Counted from the stretch's first letter, positions 51,971 to 62,046 are shown. The stretch is DNA of 64,000 nt from Desulfobacterales bacterium (GCA_963668645.2 CAXXWC010000001.1:448001-512000), one strand, 5' to 3'. Numbers and translations: made by a program. The notes: generated by a model not told the origin, from the letters alone.

Positions 51971-52543
51971 TTAGGGGTTGAGCGCACCGGACGCCCGTTG
52001 GCGCCGCAAGTCCTGTCCCTCAACGATGGGCCGCAAGGTGCGCGCGATGGGCATGGCCGCCGCGATCTTGACGGCATCCCCGGGCAGGAAGGGGAGCATT
52101 CCCACCATCACGGCCTTGGACCAGTCCATGGCGGTGACGGTCTTGAGCCAGGCTACCCCGAACAGATAGACAATCGACATGGCCAGCACAAGGACGCCGA
52201 TCTGGAATAGCGCGCGGTGCCGGAAGCGTTGGCAGACCCAACTGACCAGCAGCACGGCCGGCACATAACCGACCAGGTACCCTCCCGTGGGTCCCAGAAA
52301 CCGGCCGATTCCGCCGGTGGCGCCGGAAAATACCGGCAGCCCGAGGGCCCCGGCCAGCAGGTAAACACCGATGGCGCTCCCGGCCCAGCGCGGCGCCAGC
52401 AGCAATCCGGTCAGCAGCACGAAGAGGTTTTGCATCACGATGGGCACCGGGCCGATGGGAATTACCACATACGCCCCGGCGGCCATCAGCGCCGCCATCA
52501 GCGCCGCCACCACACTCATGCGCAGATTTTCCCTCGTATCCAT
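51971..52543 (-). CDS. bioY: Biotin transporter S component
   Basis: PVPIVMQ, GLPVFSG, GPTGGYL and PFLPGD. Confidence 0.93.
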   Translation of the reverse strand: MDTRENLRMSVVAALMAALMAAGAYVVIPIGPVPIVMQNLFVLLTGLLLAPRWAGSAIGVYLLAGALGLPVFSGATGGIGRFLGPTGGYLVGYVPAVLLVSWVCQRFRHRALFQIGVLVLAMSIVYLFGVAWLKTVTAMDWSKAVMVGMLPFLPGDAVKIAAAMPIARTLRPIVEGQDLRRQRASGALNP

Positions 52544-52610
52544 AAGTTCCTCTTAAGAAACCATTTTTCTTTGGTTTTATAAAAAGGCGACTTTTGCCTT
52601 CTCGAAACAT

Positions 52611-53531
52611 TCAAGCCAGGAAACAATCCCCATAAATCACCCGGTGGCGAACGCCGTTGTCCAGATCGAGCAGCAGGGCTCCCGTGTCGTCCACATCCAC
52701 CGCGGTCCCTTCCAGGCTTTCGCGGGTCGTCACCACCCGTACGCGCCGATTGAGGGTCATGGCGCAGCCGCGCCACTCGGCCACCGCCCGGTCCAGAGGC
52801 CGGTTGCCGATCCGCGCTTCCAGTTCGCCGAGAAAGTCGGCCAGCAGGTCGCGCCGTGAAACCGGCCGCCCGAGGAGCTGATGCAAGGCCACCGCTCCGC
52901 TTTCCACCTCGGGGGGATCGTTGTTGGCGTTGATGCCGATGCCGATATTGACGAAGCTCACCTGGTCGCCTTCGGTCTCCATCTCGGCCAGCAGACCGCA
53001 GACCTTGCACCCTTCGATGAGCACATCGTTGGGCCATTTGACCCGGGCGTCCAGTGCGTAGCGCCGCTGCAGGACCCGGGCCAGAACCGCCGAGGCGGCG
53101 AAGTTGACCCGAAAACCGAGCTGGGGCGGCAACGGGGGGCGCAGCACAATGGTAAAATAGATCCCGCCGGTTTGCGCCACCCAATGGCGCTGGAGCCGGC
53201 CGCGGCCCCGGGTTTGGCGTTCGGCAACCACCACGGTAAACGGTTCGCAACCGTCGCGCGCCATCTGGCGGGCCGTATCCATGGTGGAGGAAAGCTCCTC
53301 GTAATGGTGAATGCGCGCCTCCCAGCCGGGAAACTCCCACGGCAGCAAGGCATCGGGCGCCTCCAGCAGCCGATATCCCTTGGGAGTGGATTCAATCCGG
53401 TAGCCGCACGACTGGAGCTTTTGCAGGTGTTTCCAGATCGATACCCGCGAAACGCCGAGCCGCGCACTGAGCGCCTCGCCGGAGATCACATCCGCCCGGC
53501 CCCGCAAGATTTCCAAAATCCGTCCTTTCAT
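52611..53531 (-). CDS. birA: Bifunctional biotin ligase/repressor
   Basis: N-terminal HTH, QTRGRGR, KWPND and KVCGLL. Confidence 0.95.
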   Translation of the reverse strand: MKGRILEILRGRADVISGEALSARLGVSRVSIWKHLQKLQSCGYRIESTPKGYRLLEAPDALLPWEFPGWEARIHHYEELSSTMDTARQMARDGCEPFTVVVAERQTRGRGRLQRHWVAQTGGIYFTIVLRPPLPPQLGFRVNFAASAVLARVLQRRYALDARVKWPNDVLIEGCKVCGLLAEMETEGDQVSFVNIGIGINANNDPPEVESGAVALHQLLGRPVSRRDLLADFLGELEARIGNRPLDRAVAEWRGCAMTLNRRVRVVTTRESLEGTAVDVDDTGALLLDLDNGVRHRVIYGDCFLA

Positions 53532-53541
53532 GGCCCCTCTC

Positions 53542-53569
53542 GTTAACCATGTTTCCAGCGGTGGTTAAC
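53542..53569. promoter_or_regulatory. BirA operator
   Basis: Perfect GTTAACC-N14-GGTTAAC palindrome 10 bp upstream of birA, downstream of a minus-strand TTGACA (53585-53590). Confidence 0.8.
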
Positions 53570-53645
53570 CCATCCGAAAAAGCCTGTCAACGCTTTTCCC
53601 AGTCGACCACCGGTTATCCAAGATTTTGCAGGGTATTGTCTTCTC

Positions 53646-53775
53646 GTGACACCGGGAGTTGTGACCGCTGCCAGCCCCATGCAGTTGGCTTGCACGTTGA
53701 GCGACAGCTGTAAAAGACGGCAGATAGCAGCAAGCAACAGCCAATATCGCCAAACCCCACAGCTTGCCGGGTTGC
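53646..53775 (+). ncRNA. Candidate structured ncRNA (6S-like rod with a central bubble)
   Basis: Nested stems CCGGGAGTTGTG/CACAGCTTGCCGG, TTGGCT/AGCCAA and GCTGT/ACGGC; G-U pairs favour the plus strand. Confidence 0.4.
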
Positions 53776-53982
53776 CGGTCCCCATCCAAGCTCCGCCCTT
53801 GTTCCGCCCCCCTGCAAAAAACGAAAACCGGCAGATCTCGGATTCACCGAAAATTGCTGCATCTTCCTGTTGACTTTAGGACCTGCGATGGCCCAAAAAA
53901 GATGAACCGTTTTGGGTCGTACCCCACTGAACTCAAAGCACCTCCAACCGAATCAAGCGCCCATCGAAGGGAAGGAGTACCC

Positions 53983-55278
53983 ATGTCTCTTAACGAAACC
54001 GTAACCCGCGCCAAGGCGGCGTCCCTGGAGCTGGCCGTTGTTGCTGCCGCAGCGAAGAACACCGCCCTGCAACGCATGGCGGAAGCGTTGCGGCGCGCTG
54101 CAGGCCTCATCGAAGCCGCCAATCGCGCCGATCTTGAGGCCGCGGCCAAAGAGGGTCTGGCCGCGCCGCTGGTCAAACGCCTCGGCTTGGACCGCGCCAA
54201 GCTGGAGGAGGCCTGCCAAGGGCTCATGGCCCTTGCGGCCCTGCCCGATCCGGTAGGCCGCACCCTGCGGGCCGTGGAACTGGACCGGAGGCTGGAGCTG
54301 TACCAGGTGACCTGCCCTTTGGGTGTTGTCGGGGTCATCTTCGAATCCAGGCCCGACGCCCTGGTCCAGATCGCCGCCCTCTGCCTGAAAAGCGGCAACG
54401 CGGCCCTTCTCAAAGGCGGGAGCGAGGCGGCCAATACCAACCGGGTCCTGGCCGACACCATCATCGCCGCCACCCAAGAAGCCGGTCTGCCCTCCGGATG
54501 GATGGCCCTGCTGGAAAGCCGCCAGGATGTAGCCGATATTCTGCAATGCGACCGGCAAATCGACCTGATCATCCCCCGGGGCAGTAACGCCTTCGTGCGC
54601 CACATCATGGACAACACCCGCATTCCGGTCATGGGGCATGCCGACGGGATCTGCCATGTGTACATCGACCGGGCCGCCGACCCGACCATGGCCGTCCAGA
54701 TCACGGTAGACAGCAAGGTCCAGTACGTTGCGGTGTGCAACGCGGCCGAAACCTTCCTGGTGCACCAGAAGGTAGCCGACGCGGTGCTGCCCGCACTGGC
54801 CCAGGCCCTGGCTTGTCACGGGGTGGAGATCCGCGGCTGCCCGCAGACCGCCGCACGCATCGCCGCCGTACCGGCCAGCGACGCCGATTGGGGCACCGAA
54901 TACCTCGACCGCATCGTCTCGATCCGGGTGGTTCGGGACCTCGATGAGGCCGTGGCGCACATCAACCGCTACGGCTCGGGCCATACCGAGGTGATCGTCA
55001 CCCAGGATACGCACCGGGCGCGGCGCTTCATGGACCGAGTCGACGCGGCCGACGTGTTCGTCAACTGTTCGAGCCGCTTTGCGGACGGGTTCCGCTTCGG
55101 GCTGGGTGCCGAGGTAGGCATCAGCACCCAGAAGCTCCACGCCCGAGGACCGGTGGGCCTCGAAGGGATGGTAACCTATAAATGGCACCTGCTGGGGGAC
55201 GGCCACATCGTGGCCGACTACTGCGGTCCGGATGCACGGCCCTTCACCCACCGGCACCTGGACAAATCTTACGAGTAG
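53983..55278 (+). CDS. proA: Gamma-glutamyl phosphate reductase
   Basis: GVIFESRP, LKGGSEA, IPRG, CNAAET and ISTQKLHARGPVGL; AAGGAG RBS. Confidence 0.95.
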   Translation: MSLNETVTRAKAASLELAVVAAAAKNTALQRMAEALRRAAGLIEAANRADLEAAAKEGLAAPLVKRLGLDRAKLEEACQGLMALAALPDPVGRTLRAVELDRRLELYQVTCPLGVVGVIFESRPDALVQIAALCLKSGNAALLKGGSEAANTNRVLADTIIAATQEAGLPSGWMALLESRQDVADILQCDRQIDLIIPRGSNAFVRHIMDNTRIPVMGHADGICHVYIDRAADPTMAVQITVDSKVQYVAVCNAAETFLVHQKVADAVLPALAQALACHGVEIRGCPQTAARIAAVPASDADWGTEYLDRIVSIRVVRDLDEAVAHINRYGSGHTEVIVTQDTHRARRFMDRVDAADVFVNCSSRFADGFRFGLGAEVGISTQKLHARGPVGLEGMVTYKWHLLGDGHIVADYCGPDARPFTHRHLDKSYE

Positions 55279-55285
55279 GAAGAGC

Positions 55286-56431
55286 ATGGACACCCATCAA
55301 CGCAAAGAGCTTTTTTCGGGCGTCAGACGCATGGTGCTCAAAGTGGGCAGCGGTGTCTTGACCCGCCGCAACGGGTTGAATCTGAATCTGATCGACGATC
55401 TGGCCGCCGATATATGGCAGCTGCGGCGCAGGGGAATCGAAGTGATCCTGGTCTCTTCAGGCGCCATCGCCGCCGGCATGCGCAAGATCGGCCTCAGCAA
55501 GCGCCCTGCGGCCGTCTCCCAGATGCAGGCCCTGGCCGCCATGGGCCAGAGCCGTCTCATCATGGCTTATGAGGAGGCCTTTGCCCGCTACGGCGAAAAG
55601 GTTGCCCAGGTCCTGCTGACCCGTGACGACCTGACCCACCGGCGCCGCTATCTCAACGCCCGCAACACCTTGCTGACCCTGCTGGGCTGGAAGGTGACGC
55701 CGATCATCAACGAGAACGACACGGTGAGCGCCGACGAGATCAAGTTTGGCGACAACGACAACCTGAGCGCCATGGTGGTCAGCCTCACCGGGGCCGAACT
55801 GCTCCTCAACCTGACCAACATCGACGGGCTTTACGACCAGGACCCGCGCGAGCACCCCGAGGCCCGGCGCATCGAAATCGTGGACCGGGTCGACCGGCGT
55901 ATCCAGCAATACGCCAGCACGATCCCCGGATTTCTCGGCACCGGCGGCATGGCCAGCAAGATCACCGCTGCGCGCAAGGCCGCTTTGGGGGGGGTGGCCA
56001 CCGTGATCGCCAACGGATTGGCGCCCGGGGTGATCCGCGAGATCTTCGCCGGAAAATCGGTGGGCACCCTCTTTTTGCCCGAAGCGACCCATCTGAGCCG
56101 CAAGAAGCAGTGGATCGCCTTTACCAAGACCACCAAAGGGACCTTGGTGGTCGATGCCGGGGCACAAAAGGCCCTCTGCCAAAACGGCAAGAGCCTGCTG
56201 CCCAGCGGTATCCGCCAGGTGGTGGGACGCTTTACGGTGGGCAACGCCGTGGCAGTGGAAAGCGAGGACGGCCGGCGCCTCGGCATCGGCTTGGTCAACT
56301 ACGGATCGGAAGCGCTTAAAAAAATCGCCGGCGCCAAAAGCGACCGCATCGAGGCCCTGCTCGGCTTCCGAAACGATGACGAGGCCATTCACCGGGACAA
56401 TTTCGTGCCTGCGGCCGAACTGGATCAGTAA
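55286..56431 (+). CDS. proB: Glutamate 5-kinase with PUA domain
   Basis: VLKVGS, VSSGA, NENDTV, FGDNDNL and GTGGMASK. Confidence 0.95.
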   Translation: MDTHQRKELFSGVRRMVLKVGSGVLTRRNGLNLNLIDDLAADIWQLRRRGIEVILVSSGAIAAGMRKIGLSKRPAAVSQMQALAAMGQSRLIMAYEEAFARYGEKVAQVLLTRDDLTHRRRYLNARNTLLTLLGWKVTPIINENDTVSADEIKFGDNDNLSAMVVSLTGAELLLNLTNIDGLYDQDPREHPEARRIEIVDRVDRRIQQYASTIPGFLGTGGMASKITAARKAALGGVATVIANGLAPGVIREIFAGKSVGTLFLPEATHLSRKKQWIAFTKTTKGTLVVDAGAQKALCQNGKSLLPSGIRQVVGRFTVGNAVAVESEDGRRLGIGLVNYGSEALKKIAGAKSDRIEALLGFRNDDEAIHRDNFVPAAELDQ

Positions 56432-56472
56432 AAAACAGGGGGCTGGAAAACGCCCCCTGTTCTCTGTTTTTA
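56431..56472. terminator. Bidirectional terminator
   Basis: AACAGGGGGC...GCCCCCTGTT hairpin between convergent genes. Confidence 0.7.
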
Positions 56473-56501
56473 GGCAGACCTGCGATTTTCTGGCCAAGCC
56501 G

Positions 56502-58217
56502 TCAAACGTAGCCGCGCTGGCCCAGATATAGCAGTACCTCCTGGGCCGCTTCATCTGGAGTCAGGCCCTCGGTGTCGATGCGCAGCTCCGGGGCCTCGGG
56601 CGCTTCGTACGGGTCATCCACCCCGGTAAAGCCTTTGATCAACCCGGCCCGGGCCTTTGCGTACATCCCCTTGCGATCACGCTTCTCGCAGGTCTCAAGG
56701 CTCGTGCTGACATGCACCTCGATAAAGCCGCCGTAGCCTTCGATAAGGCGCCGGATCTCGCTTCTGGTCACCGCGTAGGGGGCGATGGGCGCGCAGATGG
56801 CGATCCCCCGGTTCTTGGTGATTTCGGAAGCCACAAACCCGATGCGCCTCACATTGATGTCCCGATGTTCCTTGGAAAAATTCAGCTCGCTGGAAAGATG
56901 GCGGCGCACGATATCCCCGTCGAGCAGGGTCACCGGCCGATCGCCGATCTCCAGAAAACGCGAATACAACACCTTGGCGATGGTTGATTTGCCCGCCCCG
57001 CTCAGCCCGGTCATGAACACGGTAAATCCCTGCTGGCGTGGCGGCGGCCAGGCCCGCTGCAGCTCGGCCACCACTTCGGGAAAAGAGACCCATTGGGGGA
57101 TATACCGGCCGCCTCGCAGCCGGGCGCGGATCTGCGAGCCGCTCAAGCGCAGGGTCTGGGTGCCCTGCGGGATCTGATCGGCGAAGCGATACTCGTCCTC
57201 GTAAGGCAGGTAACACATCTCGGGGAAGCTTAAGATCTCGATGCCGATCTCGGCGCCCATGGCCTCGGCCAGCTCCCGCGTCTGGCGGCAGCCGTAAAAG
57301 GGTTTCCCCTGGCGGTCGAGGCCCGGACTGCCGTGGTCGCGGCCGACGATAAAATGGGTGCAACCGAAGTTCCTGGCGATCACGGCATGCAGCAGGGCGT
57401 TGCGCGGTCCGGCGAGGCGGACGGCCAGGGGCAAAAGGTTGAGCAGAACCGACTCGGGCGGGTAGTGGTGCAGCACCTCCCGGTAGCAGCGCACACGGGT
57501 ATAGTGGTCGATATCCTCGGCCCGCGTCACCCCGACAAAGGGCAGCAGCAGCAGATTGGCCCGGGCCCGGCGCATGGCGGCCAGGGTCATTTCGAACTGG
57601 GGCCGGTGCACCGGATTGCGGGTTGCGAAAGCCACCACCCGCTGCCACCCCAGCCGCCGATACTGATCGTGCATCTCGGCCGGCGCCAGGCGAATCTGCT
57701 TGAAGTCGTAGTGAATCGGCAAACTGACCACTTCCAGCGGACCGCCCAGATAAAAGTGGCCCGCCCGCCGCAGCAGATAATCGACCCCCGGATGGGACCT
57801 GTCGAGGGTCCCGTATACGGACCGGGCTTCATCCTCTACCGCCGCCGGCCAGATATCGGCTAAATGCATTACCCCGAGCAGAAACCCCTCGGGATCGCGC
57901 AGCGCCACGCTTTGACCGGCTTCCAGGCCCCGGCCGCGGGTTTCGGACACGTCCAGGCAGATCGGAATCGGCCACAAGCTCCCGTCGGCAAGGCGCATGC
58001 GGTCACAAACCGCGGCATAATCGGTTTGCGTCATGAAGCCGGTCAAGGGTGAAAAAGCCCCGGTGGCCAGCAACTCGAAATCGCACATCTGGCGTTCGTT
58101 GAGCACGATATCGGGCAGATCCCGGGCGATGCGGCGCAAAAGTCCGGCCCGCCCGGCATCGACTCGCAAATCGACCAGAGTACCGCCGCGGAAAAGCGGC
58201 AGAGAATCGTCAGGCAT
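56502..58217 (-). CDS. Bifunctional sulfate adenylyltransferase/adenylylsulfate kinase (Sat-CysC)
   Basis: TRNPVHR, HFIVGRDH, TGLSGAGKST, LDGD and FTGVDDPYE. Confidence 0.92.
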   Translation of the reverse strand: MPDDSLPLFRGGTLVDLRVDAGRAGLLRRIARDLPDIVLNERQMCDFELLATGAFSPLTGFMTQTDYAAVCDRMRLADGSLWPIPICLDVSETRGRGLEAGQSVALRDPEGFLLGVMHLADIWPAAVEDEARSVYGTLDRSHPGVDYLLRRAGHFYLGGPLEVVSLPIHYDFKQIRLAPAEMHDQYRRLGWQRVVAFATRNPVHRPQFEMTLAAMRRARANLLLLPFVGVTRAEDIDHYTRVRCYREVLHHYPPESVLLNLLPLAVRLAGPRNALLHAVIARNFGCTHFIVGRDHGSPGLDRQGKPFYGCRQTRELAEAMGAEIGIEILSFPEMCYLPYEDEYRFADQIPQGTQTLRLSGSQIRARLRGGRYIPQWVSFPEVVAELQRAWPPPRQQGFTVFMTGLSGAGKSTIAKVLYSRFLEIGDRPVTLLDGDIVRRHLSSELNFSKEHRDINVRRIGFVASEITKNRGIAICAPIAPYAVTRSEIRRLIEGYGGFIEVHVSTSLETCEKRDRKGMYAKARAGLIKGFTGVDDPYEAPEAPELRIDTEGLTPDEAAQEVLLYLGQRGYV

Positions 58218-58302
58218 GCAAAGACCCTTTCGCAAAAAAGGAGAACGGGATTTCTCCCGCAAAACCGTGGAATAAAATAACAGGCGAGCGGCTTTGCCAA
58301 CC

Positions 58303-59163
58303 TTAGCTGCGCATCACCCCGCTCACTTTTGCCGGATCCACCTCCGGCCCCAGGGCGATGAAGCCCGGATTGACCAGGTCCTGGCGGTTGTAGTCCAGGG
58401 GCCGGTCCGTGCCCCAGATCAGGACCCGGCCGCCGATGGCTTCAACGAGGCACTGGCCGGCGGCCGTGTCCCATTCCATGGTGGGGGCCGGGCGCGGATA
58501 AAGCGCGGCCCGTCCCTCGGCCAGAAGGCAGAATTTCAGGGCGCTGCCGGCGGCGGTGAATTCGAGGTCTTGATAACAGCCGCGCAAGCGGGCCAAAAAT
58601 TCATCCAACGCCGGATTGGCGTGGCTTCGGCTGCCCACCACCTTAAAGACGCGCCTCGCATCCGGCGGATCCGGCAGGGGCTCGGCAACCGCACGCCAGC
58701 CGGCCGCCGCTTTTTCACGGTCCAGGGCGCTGGCCGCCCGGATGCGCCAGGCCCCCTGCCCATGGAGGGCCAGATAAAGCCGGTCGGCCACCGGCGCGTA
58801 AACAATGCCCAGGATTGGCCGGTGGTTTTCTACCAGGGCGATGTTGACGGTAAATTCACCGTTGCGCGACACGAACTCCTTGGTCCCGTCCAGCGGATCC
58901 ACGATCCACAGCCGGTGCCACCGACGACGCTGGTCGTAGGGTTGGTGGCGCCCTTCTTCGCTGAGCAGCGGCAAGCCGCTGGAGGCCAGGACCCTGACGA
59001 TGGTCTGGTGGGCCCGGGTATCGGCGGCGGTCAACGGGGAACGGTCGGCCTTGGCACGGACGGCGAAATCCGATGCATAGACCGCCAGAATCTCGCGCCC
59101 CGCAGCCAGGGCCGCTTCCAGAGCCATGGCCGCATAGGCCGGGATGCCGGGGTCAGTTTCCAT
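58303..59163 (-). CDS. cysQ: 3'(2'),5'-bisphosphate nucleotidase
   Basis: SPLTAAD, WIVDPLDGTKEF, GSALKFC and EWDTAAG. Confidence 0.92.
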   Translation of the reverse strand: METDPGIPAYAAMALEAALAAGREILAVYASDFAVRAKADRSPLTAADTRAHQTIVRVLASSGLPLLSEEGRHQPYDQRRRWHRLWIVDPLDGTKEFVSRNGEFTVNIALVENHRPILGIVYAPVADRLYLALHGQGAWRIRAASALDREKAAAGWRAVAEPLPDPPDARRVFKVVGSRSHANPALDEFLARLRGCYQDLEFTAAGSALKFCLLAEGRAALYPRPAPTMEWDTAAGQCLVEAIGGRVLIWGTDRPLDYNRQDLVNPGFIALGPEVDPAKVSGVMRS

Positions 59164-60178
59164 GGACCGGCTTTCCTTGCGCAGAGTCGGGTGGCGAGTA
59201 GCCGTGGGGGTGGGTCCGATGCCAGTGCCAGGCGGTTTCAACGATCGCTTCCAGATCCGGGTACCGGGGCCGCCAGCCGAGCTCATCGGCCGCCTTGCGG
59301 CTGCTGCCCACCAGCACGGCTGGATCCCCGGCGCGCCGCGGCGCCACCACCGCCGGGACTTTCTGCCCGGTGACCCGGCGGGCCGTCTCGATGACCTGGC
59401 GAACCGAATAGCCCGCGCCGTTGCCCAGGTTGTAGATCCCGCCGCCAGCCCCATCCAGAAGCCGCTCCAGGGCCAGGCAGTGGACCTGGGCCAGATCGGC
59501 GATGTGGATGTAGTCTCGGATGCAGGTACCGTCGGCCGTATCCAGGTCGTCGCCGAAGATCTCGATATGGCCGCGCTGGCCCAGCGCGGTCTGGAGCACC
59601 AAAGGGATGAGATGGGTCTCCGGGCGGTGGTCTTCACCGATCTGCCCCTCCGGATCGGCTCCGGCGGCGTTGAAGTAACGCAGCCTGACGGCGCGCAGGT
59701 CGTAGGCCGCGGCAAAGTCGTCCAGGATCTGCTCGACCATCAGCTTGCTGCGCCCGTAAGGATTGATCGGCCGCAGGGGGTGATCCTCGGCTATCGGTAT
59801 GGCTTCCGGTTCGCCGTAGACCGCGCAGGTGGAGGAAAAAATAAAGCGGTGCACCCCGGCGGCCCGCATCGCATCGAGCAGCGCCAGGGTGGCGGCCAGG
59901 TTGTTGCGGTAATACTTGGCCGGCGCCGTAACCGATTCGCCCACGTAACAGTTGGCGGCAAAGTGCATGACGGCTTCGATGCGATGGCGGCTGAAGATCC
60001 CGGCCAGCAGATCCGCGTCCGCCATCTCCCCTTGAATCAAGGGCCCGTAGCGCACCGCAGCACGATGGCCGGTGCTCAAATTGTCCAGCACCACCGGTCG
60101 ATGACCGGCCGCAGCCAGATGCTTGCAAAGAAAGCTGCCGATATAACCGGCCCCGCCCACCACCAGGATGTCCGCCAT
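59153..60178 (-). CDS. galE: UDP-glucose 4-epimerase
   Basis: GGAGYIGS, YGRSK, LRYFNAAGA and RDYIH. Confidence 0.93.
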   Translation of the reverse strand: MADILVVGGAGYIGSFLCKHLAAAGHRPVVLDNLSTGHRAAVRYGPLIQGEMADADLLAGIFSRHRIEAVMHFAANCYVGESVTAPAKYYRNNLAATLALLDAMRAAGVHRFIFSSTCAVYGEPEAIPIAEDHPLRPINPYGRSKLMVEQILDDFAAAYDLRAVRLRYFNAAGADPEGQIGEDHRPETHLIPLVLQTALGQRGHIEIFGDDLDTADGTCIRDYIHIADLAQVHCLALERLLDGAGGGIYNLGNGAGYSVRQVIETARRVTGQKVPAVVAPRRAGDPAVLVGSSRKAADELGWRPRYPDLEAIVETAWHWHRTHPHGYSPPDSAQGKPVHGN

Positions 60179-60400
60179 ATCCGGGTCCTTTTCTACAGCC
60201 GCCGTCGAAACGTCATGGATAGCAAAACGTCTCTAGAAAAACGCCGTCAAGGCCTGTCTTGGCACCCTACGGTGAATAACCCCGGCTGTCAATTGACCCG
60301 GGACCGGACTCATGGGATAAAGTCTTGAACCCAGGCCCGGTTCTGCTATGTTAGCAAGGTTTAGCAAGGTTTGAACGCAGATCAAGGAGAAAGATGTGCC

Positions 60401-60703
60401 ATGAGCGATTCGTTATCCGGCAACCCCTTCGTATGGGTCACGCTGATCGATCCGGGTCCGAACGAGCAGTACCTGGGGCTCACCGACGAAGCCACCCGGT
60501 TGGATTTCATACCCATGTTCCGCGACAAGGAAGATGCCCTCAAATGTTACCACCTCATGGCCCGGGACCGGGATCACAAGTACGAAATTCAGGCGGTGCA
60601 CCTCTCGGAGCTGCGCAAGAGCGCGGCGGCCGGCGGATTCCTGCTCTTTTTGCTGGACGGCGATGGCCGGGTTCTTGAAAAAATCCCCCCCGCGGCCCAA
60701 TGA
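60401..60703 (+). CDS. Hypothetical protein
   Basis: AAGGAG RBS, host-like codon usage and position ahead of the glycosyltransferase. Confidence 0.65.
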   Translation: MSDSLSGNPFVWVTLIDPGPNEQYLGLTDEATRLDFIPMFRDKEDALKCYHLMARDRDHKYEIQAVHLSELRKSAAAGGFLLFLLDGDGRVLEKIPPAAQ

Positions 60704-60780
60704 AACAGATGCCAAAACCTCTCGGCCGCAATCAGTCCCAGGGCTGATTCCGGCGACGATTTTTTTTCAGGAGCCGCGAC

Positions 60781-62046
60781 ATGATCGATCGTCGCCGCAG
60801 TCAAGGCCAGTTGCCTTCAGTGCGAAGACCACTGCGTATATGCCTCCTTAGCTACCGCAGCAATCCCCATTGCGGCGGCCAGGGCGTCTATCTGAAAAAC
60901 CTGAGCCGTGCCCTAAAGGACCTGGGCCATCGGGTCGAAGTGGTCTCCGGGCCGCCCGACCCCGGCCTGGACAGCGACATTCCGGTTCACCGGCTCGAGT
61001 GTCTCGATCTGTATAATCCGGCCGATCCGTTCCGCATCCCGACCCTCGGCGAGCTGCGCCGGCCGCTGAACCTCATCGAATGGATGGGGGTTTCCACTAT
61101 GGGTTTCCCCGAGCCGTTCACCTTCGGATGGCGGGCCTTCGCCTTCTTGCAGCGCCACGGCCGGCGCTACGACATCGTGCATGACAACCAGAGCCTCTCT
61201 TACGGGCTGTGGGCCATCAGCCGGCGCATTCCCACCGTGGCCACCATCCATCATCCGATCACGGTGGACCTCAAGATCGCCCTGGCCTCGGTGCGCGCCC
61301 CGTGGAAAAAACTCAAGCACCTGCGCTGGTACTCGTTTATCGGCATGCAAAAACGGGTCAGCCGCACCTTGGCGCGGCTCATCACCGTTTCGGCCTGCGC
61401 CCGGGACGACATCTGCCGGGACTTCAAGGTTCCGGCAGACCGCTTCCGGGTCGTGCCCAACGGGATCGATACCGGCCTGTTCCGCCCCCTGCCGGATCTG
61501 GCGCGGGAAAAAAACCGCATCATCGTGACCAACAGCGCCGACACCCCCTTGAAGGGGCTCTACTACCTGCTCCAGGCGGCGGCCCAGGTGCTCGAACGGC
61601 GGCCGCTGACCCTGGTGGTCATCGGCACGCCCAAAAAAGACGGCGGCATCGTCAAGCTGATCCGCCGCCTGGGAATCGGGCGCCACGTGGTCTTTACCGG
61701 CCGGATTTCGGATGAGGCCCTCGTAAGCCAGTATGCCCGGGCCACGGCGGCCGTGGTGCCGTCGGTCTATGAAGGTTTCGGCCTGCCTGCCGGAGAAGCC
61801 ATGGCCTGCGGCGTACCGGTGATCAGCACCACCGGCGGGGCCCTGCCCGAAGTGGTGGGCGATGCCGGCCTCCTCGTGCCGCCCGCCGATCCCCAGGCCC
61901 TGGCGCGGGCCATCGAGACCCTGCTGGACAACCCTGATGAGGCTTGCAGGCTGGGAGAAGCGGGCTACCGGCGCGTGCAGCGGCATTTTACCTGGCGGCG
62001 GGCCGCGGAGCTGACCGTGGCGGCCTACCGGGAGGTGCTGGGATGA
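60781..62046 (+). CDS. GT4 glycosyltransferase (ManT-like)
   Basis: LLSYRSNPHCGGQGVY, HDNQSL and YEGFGLPAGEAMACG. Confidence 0.9.
   Translation: MIDRRRSQGQLPSVRRPLRICLLSYRSNPHCGGQGVYLKNLSRALKDLGHRVEVVSGPPDPGLDSDIPVHRLECLDLYNPADPFRIPTLGELRRPLNLIEWMGVSTMGFPEPFTFGWRAFAFLQRHGRRYDIVHDNQSLSYGLWAISRRIPTVATIHHPITVDLKIALASVRAPWKKLKHLRWYSFIGMQKRVSRTLARLITVSACARDDICRDFKVPADRFRVVPNGIDTGLFRPLPDLAREKNRIIVTNSADTPLKGLYYLLQAAAQVLERRPLTLVVIGTPKKDGGIVKLIRRLGIGRHVVFTGRISDEALVSQYARATAAVVPSVYEGFGLPAGEAMACGVPVISTTGGALPEVVGDAGLLVPPADPQALARAIETLLDNPDEACRLGEAGYRRVQRHFTWRRAAELTVAAYREVLG

Noticed and set aside
59164..59715. Long N-terminal extension of CysQ
   Set aside because: It overlaps galE in another frame; CysQ similarity starts at 59163.
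60351..60372. TTAGCAAGGT tandem repeat
   Set aside because: Only two short copies with no spacer; no function can be supported.
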